NCBI GenBank assembly: GCA_007378985.1
Contig: VMHB01000001.1
Coordinates: 192,252 to 256,251 of the forward strand
Source: Parcubacteria group bacterium Greene0714_7
Lineage (GTDB): Bacteria > Patescibacteriota > Minisyncoccia > Phycocordibacterales > Phycocordibacteraceae
Direction of reading: 5' to 3'
Length of the DNA: 64,000 nucleotides
In this document: piece by piece, positions 8,501 through 17,868 of the stretch
Position numbering within the stretch: the stretch's first letter is position 1
How the letters are laid out: each line of letters starts with the position of its first letter
Position numbers and translations under genes: made by a program
The notes under the pieces: generated by a model
Database searches by the model: none
What the model was told of the DNA's origin: nothing
Seen by the model: the letters and a program-made list of their open reading frames with translations, nothing else

Positions 8501-10581
8501 GTGGTTTTAATCTCAAATCTGACTACAAACCAGCTGGCGATCAACCGCGAGCCATCGAGGCGTTGGTTAAGGGTGTGAAAGACGGGGAGTCACATCAGAC
8601 ACTTCTTGGGGTTACCGGCTCGGGTAAAACATTCACTGTTGCAAATGTTATACAGCAGATTCAAAAGCCAACCTTAGTCATTGCACACAATAAAACACTC
8701 GCAGCGCAACTTACACAAGAGTATCGAGAATTTTTCCCTGAAAATGCGGTGCACTATTTTGTTTCTTACTACGACTACTATCAGCCAGAGGCATACATGC
8801 CGATGACTGATACCTACATTGAAAAAGAGGCTCAAATTAACGCTGAAATTGATCGTTTGCGCCATGCTTCTACTCAGGCACTTTTAACTCGGAGTGATGT
8901 CATTATTGTGGCATCCGTTTCCGCTATCTACGGTCTTGGTTCTCCTGAGCAATATAAAAGAGTCCATAGGAATATTAGGGTGGGTGAAAAATTCGAGCGT
9001 GCAGAATTTGTACGTGCTCTCATTGGGCTCCAGTTTGAGCGTACAAACGCCGACTTAACTCCGGGGACATTTAGAGCGGTAGGTGCGAACGTTGAGCTTA
9101 TGCCAGTCAATGAAGTAGCGGTGTACCGTATTCATCCAGAGCAAGGAAGAATCGCACACATTAGTAAGCTCAATGCTGTTTCCCGGGCTCTTGTTGACGA
9201 GCCAAAAGAATTTTTTCTTTTTCCTGCAAAACATTATGTTACCGATGAAGCTGATAGAGGAAGGGCGGTAGCAGATATACAAAAAGAACTTGATGTTCGT
9301 TTGGTCCAGCTTGAAGCTGAAGGAAAAATGCTGGAGGCAGAACGCCTGCGGAGGCGTACTCGCTACGACCTCGCCCTCATTCGTGAAATTGGATACTGCA
9401 ACGGCATTGAAAATTATTCTCGCCACTTTGATGGACGCAAAGCTGGAGAGCCTCCGTATACGCTTCTTTCGTATTTTCCACACAAAGCAGATGGAACGCC
9501 AGATTTCCTTACGGTCATTGATGAGTCACACGTCACTATTCCTCAGCTCCGTGCCATGTATGCAGGAGACCAGTCACGAAAAAAGATGCTGGTTGATTAC
9601 GGGTTTCGTTTGCCATCTGCTGCGGACAATCGCCCTTTAACATTTGCGGAATTTGAGAAAAGAGTTGGAGAAAAAGTGTATACCAGTGCAACGCCAGGAG
9701 TGTATGAGTTTGAGCATTCGGGTACACCAATCGAGCAAGTCATTCGACCTACGGGACTCATTGACCCTGAAATAATAATTCGCCCCGTAACGGGCACCAG
9801 TTCATCGAGTAGTCAGGTAGTTGATTTCATACAGGAGACCGTCTCGGTAGTAAAAGGAGGAGGGCGAGTGCTTGTCACTACACTGACGAAGAAGATGGCG
9901 GAAGACTTGTCGGAATTCTTAAAAGAAAAAAATATAAAAGCTGAGTATATTCATAGTGATATTAAAACGATTGACCGCATTACTATTCTCACTGAATTTC
10001 GCAAAGGGACCTTTGATTGCTTGGTTGGTGTGAACCTACTTCGTGAAGGGCTCGACCTACCTGAAGTTGAGCTTGTGGGAATACTTGATGCCGATAAGGA
10101 GGGATTTCTTCGCTCCGATACATCACTCATTCAGACTATTGGTCGCGCAGCTCGAAATGTTAATGGTCGGGTTATTCTCTATGCCGATGGAATGACTGGC
10201 TCTATGGAGCGTGCCATTGGAGAGACTAATCGTAGGCGTGCGGTACAGCTTGCCTACAATACAAAGCACGGCATCACACCAAAAACCATTCATAAGAACA
10301 TTAAAGACATTACGGAAACACTGCAATCAGAGAGAGCTGCGGCTATTACTATGCTTTTGGCAGTTGATGAGGATCGTACGCATGATCCTAAAGCCTTGAA
10401 GGCTCTTATTAGCGAGAAACGCCAGCAAATGGAAGATGCGGTTGAGGTTCTTGATTTTGAGACTGCCGCACTGCTGCGAGATGAGGTCTATAAACTTGAA
10501 GAAAAACTACCCGTGCCGAAAAAGCCTAAGCGTAAACCCAAATGGCCCAAGAAAGGTATGGTAATTGATTTAGAAGATTAG
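8497..10581 (+). CDS. uvrB: Excinuclease ABC subunit B
   Basis: UvrB helicase motifs (GVTGSGKTF, DESH) and a C-terminal UvrB/UvrC interaction helix. The start is taken at the MSGFNLKSDY Met, not the TTG of the ORF track. Confidence 0.9.
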   Translation: MSGFNLKSDYKPAGDQPRAIEALVKGVKDGESHQTLLGVTGSGKTFTVANVIQQIQKPTLVIAHNKTLAAQLTQEYREFFPENAVHYFVSYYDYYQPEAYMPMTDTYIEKEAQINAEIDRLRHASTQALLTRSDVIIVASVSAIYGLGSPEQYKRVHRNIRVGEKFERAEFVRALIGLQFERTNADLTPGTFRAVGANVELMPVNEVAVYRIHPEQGRIAHISKLNAVSRALVDEPKEFFLFPAKHYVTDEADRGRAVADIQKELDVRLVQLEAEGKMLEAERLRRRTRYDLALIREIGYCNGIENYSRHFDGRKAGEPPYTLLSYFPHKADGTPDFLTVIDESHVTIPQLRAMYAGDQSRKKMLVDYGFRLPSAADNRPLTFAEFEKRVGEKVYTSATPGVYEFEHSGTPIEQVIRPTGLIDPEIIIRPVTGTSSSSSQVVDFIQETVSVVKGGGRVLVTTLTKKMAEDLSEFLKEKNIKAEYIHSDIKTIDRITILTEFRKGTFDCLVGVNLLREGLDLPEVELVGILDADKEGFLRSDTSLIQTIGRAARNVNGRVILYADGMTGSMERAIGETNRRRAVQLAYNTKHGITPKTIHKNIKDITETLQSERAAAITMLLAVDEDRTHDPKALKALISEKRQQMEDAVEVLDFETAALLRDEVYKLEEKLPVPKKPKRKPKWPKKGMVIDLED

Positions 10582-10652
10582 AGGTCGTCTAGCGTTAGTC
10601 ATCGAGAGACGGTAGTATGAGGGTACCGCCGGTTCGGCGGTTATTCCTATAT

Positions 10653-13316
10653 ATGGCAAAAGAAAAATCGAAAGATATCCACGACTCTGATGTAGGTCTC
10701 GACAAGATTGTTGTTCGAGGTGCCAAGACACACAATTTGAAGAATGTCTCTTTAGAGATACCTCGAAACAAACTCGTGGTATTTACGGGACTTTCTGGCT
10801 CAGGAAAATCATCGCTCGCATTTGATACTATTTTTGCTGAAGGGCAGAGACGATATGTGGAATCGCTTTCCGCATACGCTCGGCAGTTTTTAAATCAGAT
10901 GGCAAAGCCTGATGTGGAGGAAATTACTGGCCTTTCGCCTGCAATTGCCATCGACCAGAAGAGTCGTTCCAACAACCCTCGTTCTACCGTTGCGACTATC
11001 ACTGAAATTTATGACTACATGCGTATTTTGTATGCCCGTGTAGGTCAGCCGTACTGTACACAAGACGACACTCCAATTCAGAAACTCTCAAAAGAGGAGA
11101 TTATGAAAATAATTCTTCGCACCGTTGAGGTTGTGGATTTGAAGGCAACTGCAAAGCGGGCAATGGGAGTCGCATATAACGATTTGAAAATTCGTATTTT
11201 GGCCCCTGTAGTTGTGGGCAGAAAAGGCGAATACTATCAGCTTCTGTACGATTTACTTGGTAAAGGATATGAAAAGGTAATTGTTGATGGAAAAGAACAC
11301 TCGCTTCGAGAAAGAATTACAATTGAAAAAAACAAAGCGCACGACATTGATGTTGTGGTGGATGAAATTTTTGTTACTGAATTTGATCCCATCGGAAACG
11401 CAAAGCGTTCCAAGGAGCTTGGAAAATCAAAGGTGAACGATGCGAGAGAGCGGTTAAGTGAAGCGATTGAGCTTGCCCTCAAAGAGTCAAATGGTCTTAT
11501 AAAGATTGAAAATCCACTCAAAGAAGTACGCATTCTTTCGGCAAAGTTTATCTGCCCGCTAGACGGTTCATCGTTTCCTGAGGTCGAACCTAGACTATTC
11601 TCATTCAATAGTCCCTATGGTGCATGTCCTGAATGTCATGGGCTCGGAACAGTAGGGTTCTTTAATCTCGATGTTTGTACAGTATGTGAAGGCAAGCGCC
11701 TTCGACCTGAAGCGCTTCGTGTATTTTTAGGAGGCACTGAAAACAAACTCGGTATTTCAATCGTGGACCTTACGAGACTTTCTATCATTGATGCTAAAGT
11801 ATTTATTGAAAATCTAAAGCTCACCAAAAAACAGGAAGAAATTTCAAGTGCAATACTCAAAGAAATTCTTGCACGCTTGCAATTTATGATTGATGTAGGT
11901 ATCGGGTACTTGACGCTCGACCGCACCGCCAACACGCTTTCTGGTGGTGAGGCACAGCGCATTAGGCTCGCATCACAGCTCGGAAGCGGTCTTGTGGGAG
12001 CACTCTACGTTCTCGACGAGCCTACTATCGGACTTCACCAAAAAGATAATGACCGCCTCGTTAAAACACTGCTGAGGCTTCGTGATTTAGGTAATAGCAT
12101 CATCGTAGTGGAACATGACGAAGATACAATTTTCTCTTCGGACTTTATTGTGGACATTGGTCCAGGAGCTGGTGTGCATGGTGGTGAGATCGTCGTGGCT
12201 GGCTGGCTCGACAAACTTCTCACCGCTAAACGAAATGACTCAGGCTCTTTGACCCTCTCGTATCTTCGTGGAGAAAAAAAGATTCCAATTCCCGATGAGC
12301 GACGCACTGAGCAAAAAGGTGCTTTGAAAGTAAGACAGGGAAATGTCTTTAACATCAAAAATATGGATGTTGATGTTCCGCTAGGAAGACTGATTTGTGT
12401 CACTGGCGTATCTGGTTCAGGTAAATCATCTTTCATGTATGAGCTTTTATATAAAAATCTTCGAGGGAAGTTGGAGCGAAATTACAGAACAACCAAGCTG
12501 TATAACTGCACTAGCTTTTCAGGCTCTGAATATTTGAGTCGTGTAATTCTTATTGACCAATCATCGATTGGGCGTACACCCCGCTCTAACCCTGCAACAT
12601 ACACCGGTGCGTTTTCACATATTCGAGATATGTTTGCTGCAACGACTGAGGCTCGTGCACGAGGATGGAAAGGTGGACGGTTTTCTTTCAATGTAAAGGG
12701 AGGGCGATGTGAAGCGTGTCAAGGAAACGGCACCATAGCGGTTGAAATGCATTTCTTGCCAACGGTGTATGTGACCTGCGATGTGTGTGATGGTAAGCGG
12801 TTTATGAAGGAAACCTTGGAAGTTGAGTATCGAAAGAAAAATATACATCAAGTACTTTCTATGACGGTGGAAGAGGGACTTGAGTTCTTTAATGATATTC
12901 CTGCGATTCATGACCGCTTAAAAACCCTTTCAGAAGTAGGCTTGGGTTACTTGAAGCTAGGGCAATCAGCAACAACGCTTTCAGGTGGAGAAGCACAGAG
13001 AGTCAAAATCTCCTCGGAGCTGTATCGAAGACATACTGAGAAGACCATCTATCTTTTAGATGAGCCAACCATAGGTCTTCACTACGAAGATGTTCGAAAG
13101 CTTATTGATATTTTGCAAACCCTTGTGAATAAGGGCAATACCGTCATGGTTATTGAACACAATATGGAGCTTATAAAGAGCTCTGACTTTGTGATTGACA
13201 TAGGTCCTGACGGGGGAGTCGATGGCGGAAAAATCGTCGCTAAAGGCACTCCAGAGGAAGTTGCTCGCACCAAAGGTTCATATACCGGCGAATATTTAAA
13301 GCCTCTTTTGAAATAA
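10653..13316 (+). CDS. uvrA: Excinuclease ABC subunit A
   Basis: Two ABC ATPase modules (GLSGSGKSS, GVSGSGKSS) with zinc-finger CxxC inserts. The start is taken at MAKEKSKD. Confidence 0.9.
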   Translation: MAKEKSKDIHDSDVGLDKIVVRGAKTHNLKNVSLEIPRNKLVVFTGLSGSGKSSLAFDTIFAEGQRRYVESLSAYARQFLNQMAKPDVEEITGLSPAIAIDQKSRSNNPRSTVATITEIYDYMRILYARVGQPYCTQDDTPIQKLSKEEIMKIILRTVEVVDLKATAKRAMGVAYNDLKIRILAPVVVGRKGEYYQLLYDLLGKGYEKVIVDGKEHSLRERITIEKNKAHDIDVVVDEIFVTEFDPIGNAKRSKELGKSKVNDARERLSEAIELALKESNGLIKIENPLKEVRILSAKFICPLDGSSFPEVEPRLFSFNSPYGACPECHGLGTVGFFNLDVCTVCEGKRLRPEALRVFLGGTENKLGISIVDLTRLSIIDAKVFIENLKLTKKQEEISSAILKEILARLQFMIDVGIGYLTLDRTANTLSGGEAQRIRLASQLGSGLVGALYVLDEPTIGLHQKDNDRLVKTLLRLRDLGNSIIVVEHDEDTIFSSDFIVDIGPGAGVHGGEIVVAGWLDKLLTAKRNDSGSLTLSYLRGEKKIPIPDERRTEQKGALKVRQGNVFNIKNMDVDVPLGRLICVTGVSGSGKSSFMYELLYKNLRGKLERNYRTTKLYNCTSFSGSEYLSRVILIDQSSIGRTPRSNPATYTGAFSHIRDMFAATTEARARGWKGGRFSFNVKGGRCEACQGNGTIAVEMHFLPTVYVTCDVCDGKRFMKETLEVEYRKKNIHQVLSMTVEEGLEFFNDIPAIHDRLKTLSEVGLGYLKLGQSATTLSGGEAQRVKISSELYRRHTEKTIYLLDEPTIGLHYEDVRKLIDILQTLVNKGNTVMVIEHNMELIKSSDFVIDIGPDGGVDGGKIVAKGTPEEVARTKGSYTGEYLKPLLK

Positions 13317-13337
13317 TGATTTTGGTATAGTGATTCT

Positions 13338-14567
13338 GTGGAGAAGAAAGATCTAGATTTTTCAAAGATTCCTGATACGCCAGGCATTTATATTTTTCGA
13401 AAAGGAAAGAAGATTTTGTATATAGGTAAAGCAACCTCACTTAGAAGTAGGGTCCGTAGTTATTTTGTTGATGCTATAGCTGATATCCGCAGTCCCTTGA
13501 TTGCAAAGATTGTTGCGGACGCGGGAGTGGTTACTTGGGAAGAAACTGATTCAGTTTTAGAGGCATTCCTTTTGGAGTCCAAGCGAATAAAAGAATATCA
13601 GCCAGTAGGAAATACAGATGCTAAAGATAATAAGAGTTGGAATTATTTAGTGGTTACCAATGAAACCTTTCCTCGTTTTCTTGTTGTTCGTGAAAGAGAA
13701 CTTACTTCTAAATTTTCTCCATCTCTCATCAAGCATCTCTTCGGACCTTTTCCGAGTGGAGCAATGCTCAAGAGTGCTTTAAAAATAATTCGGAGAATTT
13801 TTCCTTTCTTTGATACCAAGTTTCCTTTAGACGGTCATTTAAGTCCTGCGAATGACAAGACGTTCCACTTTAATCAATCCATCGGGCTTTATCCGCGCGA
13901 GCTCAATGAAACTGAATATAAAAAAACAGTTCGGAATATCGTGCTTCTTTTTGAAGCAAAGAAATCAACTCTTTTGAAAACATTGGAGCGAGAAATGATG
14001 AGATCAGCAAAAGCTGAGGATTTTGAAGAAGCAGAAAAACTAAAACGACAAGTGTTTGCCTTAAAGCACATTCAAGACATTAGTTTAGTAAAAGAAGAGC
14101 TCCGTGCTCCTGATAGCTCCGAATTTCGTATCGAAGCCTATGACACGGCTCACATTCGTGGCAGTGCTCCGCGTGGGGTTATGTCGGTCATAGTGGATGG
14201 GGAAGCTGTTCCCGCTGAATATCGAATATTCACGATTCGAGATGCAAAGGCAGGTGATGATTTTGCAGCCCTTACAGAAATCATCACACGAAGAGCTAAT
14301 CATCCAGAATGGCCTTTCCCAAAATTAGTAGTTATTGATGGAGGAAAAACGCATCTGAATATGGCAAAGAAGGTGCTTGTGAAAGTGGGTATTGATGCGG
14401 ATGTTGTTTCTGTAGTGAAAGACGAACGACATCGTCCACGAGAAATTTTAGGCGGTACTGCGCTCGCTGTAACACATGAATCCAGCATTCTTCTTGCAAA
14501 TAGCGAGGCTCATCGTTTCGCTATTTCTCGCCATAGAAGGGCATTACGGAAGTCTCATATACAGTAA
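13338..14567 (+). CDS. uvrC: Excinuclease ABC subunit C, short form (409 aa, GIY-YIG plus C-terminal endonuclease domain, no HhH tail)
   Basis: GIY-YIG motif (GIYIFRKGKKILYIGKATSLRSR) followed by an RNase H-like C-terminal nuclease region. Confidence 0.8.
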   Translation: MEKKDLDFSKIPDTPGIYIFRKGKKILYIGKATSLRSRVRSYFVDAIADIRSPLIAKIVADAGVVTWEETDSVLEAFLLESKRIKEYQPVGNTDAKDNKSWNYLVVTNETFPRFLVVRERELTSKFSPSLIKHLFGPFPSGAMLKSALKIIRRIFPFFDTKFPLDGHLSPANDKTFHFNQSIGLYPRELNETEYKKTVRNIVLLFEAKKSTLLKTLEREMMRSAKAEDFEEAEKLKRQVFALKHIQDISLVKEELRAPDSSEFRIEAYDTAHIRGSAPRGVMSVIVDGEAVPAEYRIFTIRDAKAGDDFAALTEIITRRANHPEWPFPKLVVIDGGKTHLNMAKKVLVKVGIDADVVSVVKDERHRPREILGGTALAVTHESSILLANSEAHRFAISRHRRALRKSHIQ

Positions 14568-14608
14568 CTTTGAAACCTATTTTCTGAAGGTGCGGTACAA
14601 TATTTAAC

Positions 14609-15574
14609 ATGATAACTGTTGCTGTACTTCGCGGAGGCCCTAGTAATGAACACGATGTCTCTTTAAAGTCGGGAGCCAATGTTTTAAGTCACTTACAAAG
14701 AGAGCCATATCGCGCGATAGATGTATTTATAGATAAGAAAGGCGTGTGGCATGTTCGTGGTGTTCCTATTGACCCTGAGAGGGCACTCAGCTCTGTGGAC
14801 GTGGCATTTAATGTCATTCATGGGCATTACGGAGAAGATGGCACCCTACAGAGGATATTAGACAGGATTGGCATTCCCTACACCGGAGCGAACGCTTTGT
14901 CAGCAGGTTTATCTATGAACAAAGTGCTAACGAAAGATATGCTTGCTTCTTCTGGTATCAAAATGGCACATCATGCAACTTTGAATGTGTCACCGACTTT
15001 GGATAAAGACATATTCGAGCTGTTCAGAAGATTCCCTCAGCCTTCGGTAATAAAACCAAATGCGTCTGGTTCGTCTGTGGGTGTTACTATTGCTCGCAGT
15101 TTTGATGATTTTAAGGAAGGTATTAAAAAAGCTTTTGCTCATTCCACTCAGGTATTAGTGGAGGAGTTTATACAAGGCAAAGAAGCGACCGTTGGTATTG
15201 TTGAAGGGCTCCGTGGCAAGAAACACTATGATCTTCTACCTGTTGAGATTGTGCCACCACCGGATGCTGATTTCTTTGATTACGAATTTAAGTACAATGG
15301 TCAAACGACTGAACGAGTTCCTGGAAATTTTACTCGGGATGAAACAGGTGAGCTTCAGCGACTTGCCGCGCTAGCGCATGAGAAGATTGGACTTCGTCAC
15401 TATTCCCGCTCTGACTTTATTGTGTCCCCTCGAGGTATCTATTTCCTTGAAGTAAACAGCGCTGCTGGTGTTGGATTAACCGAGCAGTCGCTTCTACCGA
15501 AAGCTCTTTCCGCAGTGGGTATTTCCATGGATGAATTTTTAGATCATGTTATTCAAGAAACATTAAAGAAGTAA
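14609..15574 (+). CDS. ddl: D-alanine--D-alanine ligase
   Basis: ATP-grasp Ddl signature (VAVLRGGPSNEHDVSLKSG, HGxxGEDG). Confidence 0.9.
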   Translation: MITVAVLRGGPSNEHDVSLKSGANVLSHLQREPYRAIDVFIDKKGVWHVRGVPIDPERALSSVDVAFNVIHGHYGEDGTLQRILDRIGIPYTGANALSAGLSMNKVLTKDMLASSGIKMAHHATLNVSPTLDKDIFELFRRFPQPSVIKPNASGSSVGVTIARSFDDFKEGIKKAFAHSTQVLVEEFIQGKEATVGIVEGLRGKKHYDLLPVEIVPPPDADFFDYEFKYNGQTTERVPGNFTRDETGELQRLAALAHEKIGLRHYSRSDFIVSPRGIYFLEVNSAAGVGLTEQSLLPKALSAVGISMDEFLDHVIQETLKK

Positions 15575-15577
15575 TCT

Positions 15578-15997
15578 GTGAACATTCACCTTACCGATAA
15601 AAAGTGTGTTGCATGCGAGGGAGGTATTCCGCCACTTATGGAAGCGGAAATTTTAACTTTCAAACCTCAAGTGCCCGCTTGGAACATAACCAGAACTGCT
15701 TCTGGTTTGTTCCGGTCCGATGAAATCGGAACGACCGATGCTCGGGCTTCGGAGCAGGTCGTAGGAGGAATAGTGGAATCCATCCCTCAATCAATTTCAC
15801 GAAAATTTGTATTTAAAGATTTCAAAGAGGCTCTTGCTTTCGTGGATAAGGTTGGTGCCATAGCTGAAGAAGAAGGACATCACCCTGATATGAATTTGTT
15901 TGGTTTCAAGAATGTACTCATTACACTTTCCACCCACGCAATAGGAGGTCTCTCTGAGAATGATTTTATTGTCGCTGCAAAAATTGATTTACTGTAA
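15578..15997 (+). CDS. Pterin-4a-carbinolamine dehydratase-like protein
   Basis: PCD/DCoH signature EEEGHHPD...HAIGGLSENDFIVAAKID. Confidence 0.7.
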   Translation: MNIHLTDKKCVACEGGIPPLMEAEILTFKPQVPAWNITRTASGLFRSDEIGTTDARASEQVVGGIVESIPQSISRKFVFKDFKEALAFVDKVGAIAEEEGHHPDMNLFGFKNVLITLSTHAIGGLSENDFIVAAKIDLL

Positions 15998-16016
15998 GAG
16001 TAAATCGTAAGTGTAT

Positions 16017-16090
16017 GTGGACCGTGCCGGTTTCGAACCGGCTGCCTCCGCATTGCAAATGCGGCGCTCTACCAATTGAGCTAACGGCCC
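16017..16090 (-). tRNA. tRNA-Ala (anticodon TGC)
   Basis: The reverse complement folds as a cloverleaf with a G3:U70 pair, anticodon loop TTTGCAA and T-loop GGTTCGAAACC. Confidence 0.85.
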
Positions 16091-16345
16091 TCACTGAGAA
16101 AGAGAGTATCATACAACTCTTTGTATGTACTCTTTTCGAAGAGGGCGGCCGAAAACTTTGTTTACAGGCCCTCGACGAGAAAGAGGATAGCATACGAGAT
16201 TCTCATATGTACCTCTCTCAATGAAGAAGAGAATACCATGAGTGGGGAATCTATGCACCTCTCAGATAGGTCGAATATATAGGTTGAGGGTCATATTTCG
16301 ACATAAGGGCCTCGGTTGTTATACTAGCCGTATACGTATATTTAA

Positions 16346-17257
16346 ATGAAAAAAACACCTGCGCCTATTGTTGTGAAAGGAACTTTCAAACTCAAGTCGG
16401 GTTTGGCTGACATGCTAAAGGGCGGTGTCATTATGGATGTCGTAAATGTAGAGCATGCAAAGATTGCAGAAGATGCCGGGGCTGTTGCGGTGATGGCCCT
16501 CGAGCGGGTGCCGTCTGATATTCGTGCCATGGGTGGTGTAGCTCGTATGTCTGATCCAAAAATGATTAAAGGCATACAGTCTGCTGTTACCATTCCTGTA
16601 ATGGCAAAGTGCAGAATAGGGCACTTCGTGGAGGCACAGGTACTCGAAGCTCTGGCTGTGGATTTCATTGATGAAAGCGAAGTGCTTACTCCTGCAGACG
16701 AACAATTTCATATTTCAAAAGAAAATTTCACCGTGCCGTTTGTGTGTGGCGCCCGTGATTTAGGGGAGGCTCTCAGAAGAATCTCTGAAGGAGCCGCAAT
16801 GATACGAACAAAGGGTGAAGCGGGTAGTGGAAATATTGTGGAAGCAGTACGGCACATTCGTGCGATGCAAGCAGGTATTACTGAGCTTGTCGACCTTCTT
16901 AAGAAAAAGAATACAAAAAAATTACAAACGCTTGCTCGTGAGTATAGGGTTTCATATGAATTGGTTTTAAAAGTAGTGAAGCTGGGACGATTGCCGGTAG
17001 TTAATTTTGCAGCGGGAGGCATTGCAACTCCAGCGGACGCAGCGCTCTGTATGCAACTTGGTGTTGATGGTGTGTTTGTAGGTTCAGGGATATTTAAGAG
17101 TTCAAATCCTAAAAAAACAGCGAGGGCTATTGTTGACTCCGTTGCTCACTTTAATGATGCAAAAAAGATTGCACTAGCAAGTGAAGATGTAGGAGAGGCT
17201 ATGAAGGGGCAAGAAATTTCAGCTCTCCAAACTCGTTTAGCAAGTCGTGGTATTTAG
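16346..17257 (+). CDS. pdxS: Pyridoxal 5'-phosphate synthase lyase subunit
   Basis: PdxS/SNZ signature ([22 protein letters not shown]). Confidence 0.9.
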   Translation: MKKTPAPIVVKGTFKLKSGLADMLKGGVIMDVVNVEHAKIAEDAGAVAVMALERVPSDIRAMGGVARMSDPKMIKGIQSAVTIPVMAKCRIGHFVEAQVLEALAVDFIDESEVLTPADEQFHISKENFTVPFVCGARDLGEALRRISEGAAMIRTKGEAGSGNIVEAVRHIRAMQAGITELVDLLKKKNTKKLQTLAREYRVSYELVLKVVKLGRLPVVNFAAGGIATPADAALCMQLGVDGVFVGSGIFKSSNPKKTARAIVDSVAHFNDAKKIALASEDVGEAMKGQEISALQTRLASRGI

Positions 17258-17264
17258 TGCTTCC

Positions 17265-17867
17265 ATGCGCTCTCTCACGGTAGGTGTTCTCGCGCTTCAA
17301 GGCGATGTGAGTGAGCATATAGAAGCAACCAAATCGGCAGGGACTCTTTTAAAGATTCCAATCACCGTTATATCTGTTCGTATAGCGGGTGATTTGGAAA
17401 CACTTGACGCTCTTATTATTCCTGGGGGTGAAAGCACCACACTGCAAAAACTGTGCGAAAGGGAAGGAATGTTTCAGAAAATGAAAAAAGTGAAGAATAT
17501 ATTTGGCACCTGTGCTGGGGCAATTCTTCTAGCAAAAGAAGTTTTACATAAAACATCAGACCAAAAAACTCTAGCTCTTATGAATATAGAGGTGGATAGA
17601 AATGCCTATGGTCGCCAGAATGAATCTTTCGAAAGGGTAATTGAGACGGAATTTGGACAAATGAATGCGGTTTTTATTCGTGCTCCAAAAATACGAACCG
17701 TTGGAAAGAAACTAAAGGTACTTGCTAGAAATGGAACTGAAATAGTTGCCTGTGAGGAACGAGATGGAGGCAGATACTACTTAGCCACGTGTTTTCATCC
17801 AGAGTACACCTCTGGCGCTTTCCATAAATATTTTTTAGAGCAGACTTTGCGAGAGGTAGTTGGGTAG
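17265..17867 (+). CDS. pdxT: Pyridoxal 5'-phosphate synthase glutaminase subunit
   Basis: Class I glutamine amidotransferase (GVLALQGD, catalytic Cys in GTCAG). It overlaps the pdxS stop. Confidence 0.85.
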   Translation: MRSLTVGVLALQGDVSEHIEATKSAGTLLKIPITVISVRIAGDLETLDALIIPGGESTTLQKLCEREGMFQKMKKVKNIFGTCAGAILLAKEVLHKTSDQKTLALMNIEVDRNAYGRQNESFERVIETEFGQMNAVFIRAPKIRTVGKKLKVLARNGTEIVACEERDGGRYYLATCFHPEYTSGAFHKYFLEQTLREVVG

Positions 17868-17868
17868 T

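Noticed and set aside
8393-8541. Diversity-generating retroelement (template/variable repeat) as the explanation for the recoded N-terminal repeats
   Set aside because: The differences between copies are not adenine-specific. No reverse transcriptase is nearby. The repeats are at N-termini, not C-terminal variable regions.
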